This document shows, one piece after another, positions 8,220-15,170 of a stretch of 24,000 bases of DNA; positions within the stretch are counted from its first letter, which is position 1, and each line of letters opens with the position of its first letter. The notes below the pieces were generated by a model that worked only from the letters and a program-made list of their open reading frames with translations, had not been told where the DNA came from and did not search any database. The translations under genes were made by a program, and so were the position numbers. Origin of the DNA: Enemella sp. A6 (GTDB lineage: Bacteria > Actinomycetota > Actinomycetes > Propionibacteriales > Propionibacteriaceae); assembly GCF_051133435.1 (NCBI RefSeq), contig NZ_JBPGNY010000001.1, forward strand, positions 294,338 through 318,337, read 5' to 3'.

Positions 8220-9368
8220 TCACCTTCCCGACTCGACTACACGACCTTGACCGTCGAACAGGCCGAGCACCTCCGGGTGTCCTGTTGAGATTCCGGAGAC
8301 AACCGCCACCAATGACCGCACCACAAAGAGCTGAGTTCGAAATGCCATCACTGCCGTGGACCCGACCGTTGGACTTGTCCCTGGGCAATCGAACCTGCGG
8401 TAGTAGTCGATGTTCTCCGCGGAGCCCTTGTGCAGGCGCACCAGTTTGCGCTCGGCCTTGTCCACGATCAGAGCTTTCTCGGCATGACCGCGCGGATAGA
8501 ATCCCCCGCCGAAAACCGCTGCCACTGGCGAACCCAGGGCGACCTCGGACACATACACAATGGCCGGCTGCTCGGGCAGTTCGTAGTTCACAGCATGCTC
8601 AGGTGTTGTGCCGGTCAAGGCATGACCGGGTTCGCCGACAGTTGCCCCCAGGGAGGACAACAACTCCAACGACCCGGCGCTGGTGTGACTGGGAAGGTTG
8701 ATCACCGGGTCCTCAAGCACACTGGCAGCGCGTAGCACTCTGTCTGCGGTGGCCGTTGCTCGGGGAACACCACTCGCATCGTCGAAAAGCACACACGGAA
8801 AACCCGTCACGCCCGCAATTCGAATGCCTGGCAGGCCGAGATCCCGCATTCGTTCCACGTCTTCCGGATCGAATCCGCCGTCCTGACCCGGATACAGGTC
8901 TTCGGCAGCAGCAGTGACCCGCAACAGCACGTTCTGGGTGATACCAACCTGCACCGCAGCGTCCGACACAGCGCGCAGGTTCTGCTCATCGATGACCGTC
9001 ACATGTGCCGGGCGATGCGCCAGCACGGTCGGCAATTGGCGAACCGGGATCTGCACAAGATGTCCCACGTTCGCCAGTTGGACGCCGGCGGCCAGGATCG
9101 GAGCAATTTCACGGGTATCGATCACCGCCGCCCTGGGAATGGCCGCGCCGATGGCAGCGTAGACGAGTGGGTTGCGACCGAACTGTTTCCCGACCTGCCA
9201 CAGCTCAACTCCATACCGCTTTCCGGCTTCGGCGATGCTGCGCGCATTCACTGTAATGGCATCCAGATCGAGTAGATACGTGTCCGGCGGTATCTGTCCG
9301 CCGGCGTGGAGTTCAACCGCGGTATCGACCAACGCCGGATTGCGCTGGAGCGTCACATCAAGGAACAT
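8220..9368 (-). CDS. yhfX: YhfX-like fold-type-III PLP enzyme (alanine-racemase N-terminal domain family)
   Basis: I trimmed the 444-aa track ORF to the ATG at 9368, giving 382 aa. The N-terminus is MFLDVTLQRNPALVDTAVELHAGGQIPPDTYLLDLDAI. VGKQFGRNP carries the candidate PLP lysine. GHLVQIP, LYPGQDGGF, GFPCVLFD, EPGHALTGTTP, GGGFYPRGHA and VVSGISTGHPEVLG all match my recollection of E. coli YhfX. The gene overlaps the upstream gene by 11 nt. Confidence 0.8.
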   Translation of the reverse strand: MFLDVTLQRNPALVDTAVELHAGGQIPPDTYLLDLDAITVNARSIAEAGKRYGVELWQVGKQFGRNPLVYAAIGAAIPRAAVIDTREIAPILAAGVQLANVGHLVQIPVRQLPTVLAHRPAHVTVIDEQNLRAVSDAAVQVGITQNVLLRVTAAAEDLYPGQDGGFDPEDVERMRDLGLPGIRIAGVTGFPCVLFDDASGVPRATATADRVLRAASVLEDPVINLPSHTSAGSLELLSSLGATVGEPGHALTGTTPEHAVNYELPEQPAIVYVSEVALGSPVAAVFGGGFYPRGHAEKALIVDKAERKLVRLHKGSAENIDYYRRFDCPGTSPTVGSTAVMAFRTQLFVVRSLVAVVSGISTGHPEVLGLFDGQGRVVESGR

Positions 9369-10461
9369 CGATTTCCCCCTCTGCCCGTTGCAGGATGCGC
9401 ACACACAACTCGGCGTCGGCACGCATGGGATTGATCCGCAAGGTGCGATCACGCAGTTCCGGGTGTGTCTCCAAGTTGCTGCCGGACAGTCGGTAGACCA
9501 TCGGCAGAATTTCGTACCGCGAGTTCGAACCAACCGGATGAGTGGCCGCACCACAGCGCGCAGCTGCTCGCATCAGATCTGGCGCAACCGGGCGATCCAA
9601 CAACGCGATCACACACAGATCTTGAGCATTGGCCAGTTGTGCTTCGACGATTCCCGGCACCTCCCCCGCAGCGAGTCGCTGGGCGAGTTCCACACTCGCC
9701 TGGGCTTGCAGAGCCCAGTTCACCGGCACCATCACGAGCTGCTGTAGGGCCATCAGCGCCTGGTGGCCCTGCACCTGCCCTCCCCCGGAATAGTTGGCCC
9801 GATGGGCACGCTCAATGACGTCCGCGTCGCCGACCACTACCCCGACACCTTCGGGGCCGTGCAGCTTGAACAGCGAGAACGCCGATGCCGAGGCGCCGAG
9901 TTGCGAACCCATCAGCGGAGTTCGATAGACCGCGTAGTTGTCATCGACGATGGTCCGCACCCCCGCAGCCCGAGCTGCCGCAATCACGTCAGCCGGGGAG
10001 TAGGAGTCAGTCAGCCGTTGCCGAGTGTGCTGGAGATACAACCACTGGACGTTGCCGCCGGCCAGTTCTCGGGCCAGGGCCTCGGCGTCGTTGAAGTCGA
10101 CTCTGACCGGTTGGATCGCGGTGTCGTGGAAGGTTGTAGCGGTGGTCGCGTAATCGGCTGCGTCATGAACAATGGGTCGTCGGTCTCCCTCCGACAGCGG
10201 CCCGGCCGAGAGCGCGGTCCGGATCGCACCGGTGCCGGCTCCCTGCACCAAGCAGGCTGCCTCGGCATCGAATGCCATCGCCAATGCGGCTTCAACTCGT
10301 GCCGTTGTGTCCGGCCGGCCCAGCGGTGGGTTGACCCCCACGTCCGTACTGAAGATCGCGTTGCCGGCAAAGTGTTCACTGGCGGCTGCGACCAGCTTCC
10401 GTTGAGCCTCCCGGGCTTGGGACATCGTCGGTATCGGCAATGGCGTGGTGGGCGGAAGCAT
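9358..10461 (-). CDS. yhfS: YhfS-like fold-type-I PLP-dependent enzyme
   Basis: I trimmed the ORF to the ATG at 10461, giving 367 aa. GGAGG lies about 9 nt upstream of it, 4 nt after the php stop. Motifs are CLVQGAGTGAIR, VDDNYAV, FSLFKLHGPEGVGVVVGDADVI (candidate PLP lysine), YSGGGQVQGHQAL and RINPMRADAELCVRIL, matching remembered E. coli YhfS. Confidence 0.8.
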   Translation of the reverse strand: MLPPTTPLPIPTMSQAREAQRKLVAAASEHFAGNAIFSTDVGVNPPLGRPDTTARVEAALAMAFDAEAACLVQGAGTGAIRTALSAGPLSEGDRRPIVHDAADYATTATTFHDTAIQPVRVDFNDAEALARELAGGNVQWLYLQHTRQRLTDSYSPADVIAAARAAGVRTIVDDNYAVYRTPLMGSQLGASASAFSLFKLHGPEGVGVVVGDADVIERAHRANYSGGGQVQGHQALMALQQLVMVPVNWALQAQASVELAQRLAAGEVPGIVEAQLANAQDLCVIALLDRPVAPDLMRAAARCGAATHPVGSNSRYEILPMVYRLSGSNLETHPELRDRTLRINPMRADAELCVRILQRAEGEIDVP

Positions 10462-10465
10462 GGCG

Positions 10466-11386
10466 CTATACCTCCACTCCCGACAACCAGCGCAACGGAT
10501 TACGCCGATAGAGCAGATCCAGTGTGTCGGCATCGACACCCCGCGAACGGAGTTGGGCCTTGAACGCTTGCAATACGTGGCCATACCCGTGTGCGCCATT
10601 CGCGGTCAGGTATCCGAACCGAGAGATGTCGTTGCTGAGCAAGACACGATCGGCATACCCCGCGTCCATCAGCGTGATGATTCGGCTCAGTCTGGCTTCA
10701 TCACTTTCGTAAGAGGCTTTCCCGATGGTGTCGAATGCGACGTAGGCACCTTCACGTGCAATGGACACATGCTGATCGGAGCCGGCCCACAGGTCCTGAT
10801 GCCCAATCGCGACGCGTGCCGGGTCGACGCCTTCGGATAAGAGCAGTTCAAGTTGCCCCAGGCCACCTCGTCCAAGATGTGCGTGCGTAGCAAGCGGGGT
10901 CCCAGTCCGAGCGGATGCTCTGGCCGAGGCACGCAGGCTGATCTCCTCTGCCGGCGAAGGCGCGTCACCATGTGAACCGACCTCACCGATCACGCCTGTC
11001 CGGATACCAGTGTCATCCACACCTTCAGTGATCTCGGCCAAAATCCTCTGTTCGACCGACTCCACGGAACTGATCTCGCCCACGGGGTGGAAGCGTTCGT
11101 AGTAGTAGCCCGTGCCCGCCACGACGGGCACTCCGGTGGCTTCGGAGATGCGTCGGAGTGCCACGACGTCTCGCCCCATCCCACGACAGGACAACTCGAC
11201 GACCAGACCCAAACCGGTTTGTCGTGCCACGTCGGCCAACTCGGGCTGGACTTGTGCGGCGTCGAGGAAGCCCACCGAATCCGTGTCGGTGCGCAAGTCG
11301 ACCACGAGATGCTCATGGGCAAGCACCGGCCCGGTTACTGTCCGAGGGTCGAGCTCCCCAGTTACGGTTTGCAACATTGTTGTCAT
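10466..11386 (-). CDS. php: Phosphotriesterase-homology protein (amidohydrolase superfamily, PTE family)
   Basis: 306 aa. VLAHEHLVVDL is the HxH metal site. Further motifs are AGTGYYY, GVIGEVG, LATHAHLG, VAIGHQDL, VAFDTIGKASYESDEARL, LLSNDISR and GAHGYGHVL. The start is either ATG 11386 (ATGA overlap with the yhfT-like stop) or ATG 11377, which lies 9 nt after GGAGG. Confidence 0.9.
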   Translation of the reverse strand: MTTMLQTVTGELDPRTVTGPVLAHEHLVVDLRTDTDSVGFLDAAQVQPELADVARQTGLGLVVELSCRGMGRDVVALRRISEATGVPVVAGTGYYYERFHPVGEISSVESVEQRILAEITEGVDDTGIRTGVIGEVGSHGDAPSPAEEISLRASARASARTGTPLATHAHLGRGGLGQLELLLSEGVDPARVAIGHQDLWAGSDQHVSIAREGAYVAFDTIGKASYESDEARLSRIITLMDAGYADRVLLSNDISRFGYLTANGAHGYGHVLQAFKAQLRSRGVDADTLDLLYRRNPLRWLSGVEV

Positions 11387-12786
11387 CCTCCGATGGGCGC
11401 GAAGAGCCCCAGTGGCACGAGCAGGTTCAGCAAGATGCCACCCACAATGACCGCTGTCGGTCCTGCAGCCATTCGGACGATCGGCCTACCCAGCGCCTCA
11501 TTGAGGAGGTAGAGGCCGCCCACGATGGCCATCGCGATGCCGCCGCCCATCGCATTGGCCGCCATGATCGAGCCGACCAGAATCGCCAAGCTCAGTGACT
11601 CGGTGATGGCATTACGGATGTGGTCGGCAGAGTCCCGAATTGAGGGCCAGCGCTGGAGCCAACTGCCGAGCGCGGATAGGGCGAAGACTTCCACTGCCAT
11701 GATCGCTGCGCCGGCCACGAAGGCGATACCGAGCGCCAACGGCCAGTTTTCGATCCCGGAACCGATGAGGTAGCCGGCGGAGTAGACGAACGTGAAACCG
11801 GCCATTGCATAGGCGCCGGACGCCAGGGCCGTGGTGGCAATGAGTGGAATGAACCCGAACGCTCGCGGCAAGTCGATCTGCGCTGCTTCGGCGAACTTGC
11901 CGTCAGCGACCATGAAGCTGGTTGCCTCCCCACCAGCGAAGATCCCCGATGCGGCCAACATCGCGACTGCCCCACCGAGAATCGCGAACCACACCACGTT
12001 CTTGCGCAGCCGCGCTGCGTTCGGACCAAAGAGCTGGTCAACCACTTCTGCTTCGGCCCGCTTGGACTCGGCGATTTGTTCTTGCTCTTCGGCAGAAAGC
12101 TTCGCGTGTTCGAGTTTCTCGGACTTCTTGGCTGCCAAGTCTCTTGCCAACGCGAACGCAACGAGCATGATGACACCGACGGCCATCGCGATCGCGCCGC
12201 CGAACACATCGGGCCAGACCTTGGCCATGACCAGCACAGTCACGACCTCCAACACGAACGTGACGACACCCTTCAACCTGCCGAACTGGCGCGCGACGGC
12301 GATCACGGGGAAGATGGCGAACAGCCACAGGATGGGACCTGAAATCTGTTGCAAGGCGGTGACGAAGTCGACCGGCAACTGATGAGCCAAGTTGTTGGCA
12401 GCGGCGAGACCGTAGGCACATACGGCTCCCCATGCGCCACCCGCGATCAGAGCTGCCCACCACCAAGGAGCGAGCAGACCCAGGATCTCCACCGGCAGGA
12501 AGATCAGCCAAGGGTTCAGCACACCCGTTGACAGGGCCATCGGGGCGCCGAGGCCGAAAATGAAGCCGGCACTCAGACCGAACACGATGGTCGCCGTAGC
12601 ACCTCGCGAAGACCGCCCCTGGATGAAATCCAGCATGAAGGGACGGGCACCGTCGTTGAACACGGCAAGCGCCTTATGTGCGATGAGGGCGGCAAAAGCC
12701 GAGACCGCAATGACGAGAAACGATTGCCACGTCGCGAAGTGGATACCCACCTCAGGCGTGGTTTCCAGAACTACTGAGTGAAGCAT
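11383..12786 (-). CDS. yhfT: YhfT-like polytopic inner-membrane protein (putative permease)
   Basis: I trimmed the 505-aa track ORF to the ATG at 12786, giving 467 aa. It begins MLHSVVLETTPEVGIHFATWQSFLVIAVSAF. Many hydrophobic spans are present, and a central highly charged loop reads AAKKSEKLEHAKLSAEEQEQIAESKRAEAEVVDQ. Its position directly after the DUF2620/YhfU-like gene matches the E. coli yhfU-yhfT pair. Confidence 0.7.
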   Translation of the reverse strand: MLHSVVLETTPEVGIHFATWQSFLVIAVSAFAALIAHKALAVFNDGARPFMLDFIQGRSSRGATATIVFGLSAGFIFGLGAPMALSTGVLNPWLIFLPVEILGLLAPWWWAALIAGGAWGAVCAYGLAAANNLAHQLPVDFVTALQQISGPILWLFAIFPVIAVARQFGRLKGVVTFVLEVVTVLVMAKVWPDVFGGAIAMAVGVIMLVAFALARDLAAKKSEKLEHAKLSAEEQEQIAESKRAEAEVVDQLFGPNAARLRKNVVWFAILGGAVAMLAASGIFAGGEATSFMVADGKFAEAAQIDLPRAFGFIPLIATTALASGAYAMAGFTFVYSAGYLIGSGIENWPLALGIAFVAGAAIMAVEVFALSALGSWLQRWPSIRDSADHIRNAITESLSLAILVGSIMAANAMGGGIAMAIVGGLYLLNEALGRPIVRMAAGPTAVIVGGILLNLLVPLGLFAPIGG

Positions 12787-12805
12787 GGGGCCATACCTTT
12801 CTGGT

Positions 12806-13162
12806 TCATGCCCGAGAAGATGCGATCTCGGACCAGAGCACCGGGACGACGTCCTGGATCTGGTCCATGGCGAAGCCGAAAGCGACCTTGCCGCTGGCAA
12901 CTTCCTTGGCGATCACCTCACGGGGCGGCACGGTGCGCCCGAAAGTGTGAGTCTTGGCTCCCCCGAGGAGCCCGAGGAGGACACCGAGGCTTGCGCCGGC
13001 CCCGGTGTGACAGGTACCGAAGTAGTAGTCGATAGCACCGGAGCGAAGTTTCATCGCGGCATCCATGTCGGTGCCAATGATGACTTCGTCGTCGGGGCCA
13101 ACCAGCTTCTTCAGCGCATCGGCAACTTCTGCCTTGGCAACGCCACCAGTCATGATTTTCAT
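12806..13162 (-). CDS. yhfU: YhfU-like small protein (DUF2620 family)
   Basis: 118 aa. AAGGAG lies about 5 nt upstream of the ATG, which forms an ATGA overlap with the yhfY-like stop. MKIMTGGVAKAEV...IIGTDMDAAMKLRSGAIDYYFGTCHTGAGASLGVLLG...ASGKVAFGF closely parallels remembered E. coli YhfU (..NDMEAAMKVKSGQLDYYIGACNTGAGAALS..EGKVAFGL). Confidence 0.8.
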   Translation of the reverse strand: MKIMTGGVAKAEVADALKKLVGPDDEVIIGTDMDAAMKLRSGAIDYYFGTCHTGAGASLGVLLGLLGGAKTHTFGRTVPPREVIAKEVASGKVAFGFAMDQIQDVVPVLWSEIASSRA

Positions 13163-13539
13163 CGGTTCTCCTTACGGTGTGCGACATACAAGGTCGCGAG
13201 GTGGATGGTGAGGAAGTCGATTTCTCCCTTGGGGAGGGTGAGGCCCAGTTCGGCGGCTGCCCGGTCGGCGATTGCCCGGGCCCGGGCGGGGGAACTCGGG
13301 CTGGCGGTGCGGGCTTCGGCGACGTGAGCCACGTTGGGTTCGCCCACCGATGTGTCCCCGGTCCGAACTCGCTCCAGGGCAGCCATGAGATGCGCAGCGA
13401 ACATGCCGGCCGTCTGCTCGGTAACCACATACTCCGAGTCGAGCTCCGCGAGCAGCTGCGACACGAAGGCCACGATCTCGGGCGTCGCCATCCCCGTTTC
13501 GGCCGTGATTCTGAGCCTGTCTTCCAGCAGTTGGTCCAT
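13159..13539 (-). CDS. yhfY: YhfY-like PRD-domain-type small regulatory protein
   Basis: 126 aa. AGGAA lies 5 nt upstream of the ATG, 9 nt after the yhfZ-like stop. The sequence looks all-helical (MDQLLEDRLRITAETGMATPEIVAFVSQLLAELD...AAHLMAALERVRTG...TIHLATLY). Size and operon position match E. coli YhfY. The sequence evidence itself is weaker than for the neighbouring genes. Confidence 0.6.
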   Translation of the reverse strand: MDQLLEDRLRITAETGMATPEIVAFVSQLLAELDSEYVVTEQTAGMFAAHLMAALERVRTGDTSVGEPNVAHVAEARTASPSSPARARAIADRAAAELGLTLPKGEIDFLTIHLATLYVAHRKENR

Positions 13540-13547
13540 CGGGGTTC

Positions 13548-14468
13548 CTAATAGGTTGGGGGGCGCTTTCCAGCAAGCACCTCAGCGAATACGGTCATCG
13601 CGAGTGGCGAATCAATGGCCCGCCGAACCGGCCACGGAATCACGTTCGAGTGGTGGTGCACCAGAACGGCATTGGTGTTCCCTTCGATCTCGGGAAGCGG
13701 ATAAATGTCGATGGGCACCCGCAGATGGTCGGAGACTTCATCGAGATTCCAGACAGTGGCGTCGATCAGGCCGGAGTCGAAGTGACCTGCAAGTTGGTGG
13801 TAAGAGACATCGACCAACCGCTCGTCGTCCAAGTCGGGGAAGTAGCGTGCAGTCAGGGTCACCTGGTCGGTCGATTTGGAGTCGACCCCCACTCGCAGCG
13901 TCGGATCGTGACGATCCCTGCCCCGAGTAATGATCAAGCCGTGACTGCCGACGTACGTGTTGGGCCCGAAGTCCCGGATCGTGTTGAGCTCGGAGCTTTC
14001 TGCAGCAAGGCGTGACATGAGTGCGAAGTCGGTGTGCCCATCCATGACCGAACGGGCTCGTTCCGTGGATCCACGCTGGAACATGAGCGACAGCGGGATG
14101 CCTGCGTCGGCGAAGCTCGCCTGCAGTGCCGACGCCATCGCCTCGTAGCGCAGGGAGTACGGCATCGGTGTACCGATCGATATCGAGCGTCCACCACTGG
14201 CTTCCCACAGAAGCGGGTAATCCAGTGCCTCGATGAACGTGCCCAATCGGCCACGAGGTTTCAGTTGGACTGCACCCAAATCGGTCAACTGTGTCAGCGC
14301 ACCCTGAATCGTTCCGTTCGAAGCTTCCAGTTCGGCTGCAACTTGCTTCACTGCCGGCAGTCGTTCGCCGACACGCATCGTGGACAGCAAGGCAGCAAGA
14401 CGGACGGCAATGCGTCCCTCTTTGGACATGAACTGCTCTTGGAGTCCCACGATCGAAAGAATATCCAC
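13548..14468 (-). CDS. yhfZ: YhfZ-like transcriptional regulator (N-terminal winged HTH plus a YhfZ C-terminal, binding-protein-like domain)
   Basis: 306 aa from GTG 14468. Alternative starts are GTG 14450 and ATG 14429. The HTH is RLPAVKQVAAELEASNGTIQGALTQLTDLGAV. The C-terminal part has binding-protein-like character. It is the first gene of the operon, as in E. coli. Confidence 0.7.
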   Translation of the reverse strand: MDILSIVGLQEQFMSKEGRIAVRLAALLSTMRVGERLPAVKQVAAELEASNGTIQGALTQLTDLGAVQLKPRGRLGTFIEALDYPLLWEASGGRSISIGTPMPYSLRYEAMASALQASFADAGIPLSLMFQRGSTERARSVMDGHTDFALMSRLAAESSELNTIRDFGPNTYVGSHGLIITRGRDRHDPTLRVGVDSKSTDQVTLTARYFPDLDDERLVDVSYHQLAGHFDSGLIDATVWNLDEVSDHLRVPIDIYPLPEIEGNTNAVLVHHHSNVIPWPVRRAIDSPLAMTVFAEVLAGKRPPTY

Positions 14469-14644
14469 TATTTCGGATATTTACAAGACCTCGACACCTG
14501 CGATGTTCAGCCGGTATGCGCCGACAGCGGAGATGCCCACCACGGGAATCGGAAGGCAGCCTGAAACGACTTTGCCCACGGGGGAGGATCCCGGTGGGGC
14601 GAAATGTGCGGCCGGGTGTGATGTGCTGAACTCCGGAACAGGCC

Positions 14645-14677
14645 GAAGGGCCGGCCATCGTGAGTGGCCGGCCCTTC
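14645..14677 (-). terminator. Perfect 13-bp-stem hairpin downstream of the VOC gene
   Basis: GAAGGGCCGGCCA-tcgtgag-TGGCCGGCCCTTC lies 34 nt past the VOC stop on the minus strand. There is no U-tract, which is common in Actinobacteria. The hairpin would also insulate the yhfZ promoter region from read-through. Confidence 0.65.
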
Positions 14678-14710
14678 TAGATCGAGCATGGTGGACGGGG
14701 TACGTGCAGG

Positions 14711-15079
14711 TCAGTCCACCGGGGAGACCCGAATGAGGTTGCCGTCGGGGTCGGCGATCACGAACGTGCGGCCGAAGACATCGTCGTGAGGCTCCTCCAC
14801 GACGTGGACTCCTTTCGAGACCCAGCTCGTGAAGGTCTCATCAACTGCGGATACCGGCCCCGGCACCATGAGCCCGACCTCGCACGTGCGAGGGGTGCTC
14901 GGGTCCGCGTGCTCGCTTCGTCCTGTCCACAGCGCGAACAGAACGCCGGGGGCCACCTCGAAAGCCACGTAACGGGGACTGATGAAGGCCGGTGTGATTT
15001 CGAACAGGTCGCTGTAGAAAGCCGTGGCGTTCTCAGCATCGCGGACGTAGACCAGGAACAGGTTGGGTGCGGGCATCAA
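14711..15079 (-). CDS. VOC-family protein (glyoxalase / bleomycin-resistance / dioxygenase fold)
   Basis: 122 aa. The pattern LFLVYVRDAENATAFYSDLFEI...FEV...FALW...GRTFVIADPDGNLIRV is typical of single-domain VOC proteins. Confidence 0.8.
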   Translation of the reverse strand: MMPAPNLFLVYVRDAENATAFYSDLFEITPAFISPRYVAFEVAPGVLFALWTGRSEHADPSTPRTCEVGLMVPGPVSAVDETFTSWVSKGVHVVEEPHDDVFGRTFVIADPDGNLIRVSPVD

Positions 15080-15170
15080 GCACTCCTCGGGTTGTTGGGT
15101 TCTCTTACCGCACCAGTTGACCGTCCAATCACGACAAGACCTGTCACCTTTTCTGCGAAAGTTGGTCAGT

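Noticed and set aside
8220-15170. N-terminal extensions of track ORFs: 9369-9554, 10462-10599, 12787-12900 and 15063-15170
   Set aside because: The extensions are Arg/Cys/Trp/Pro-rich and overlap upstream genes. Internal ATGs with SD sequences give lengths that match the expected families and produce tight operon junctions.
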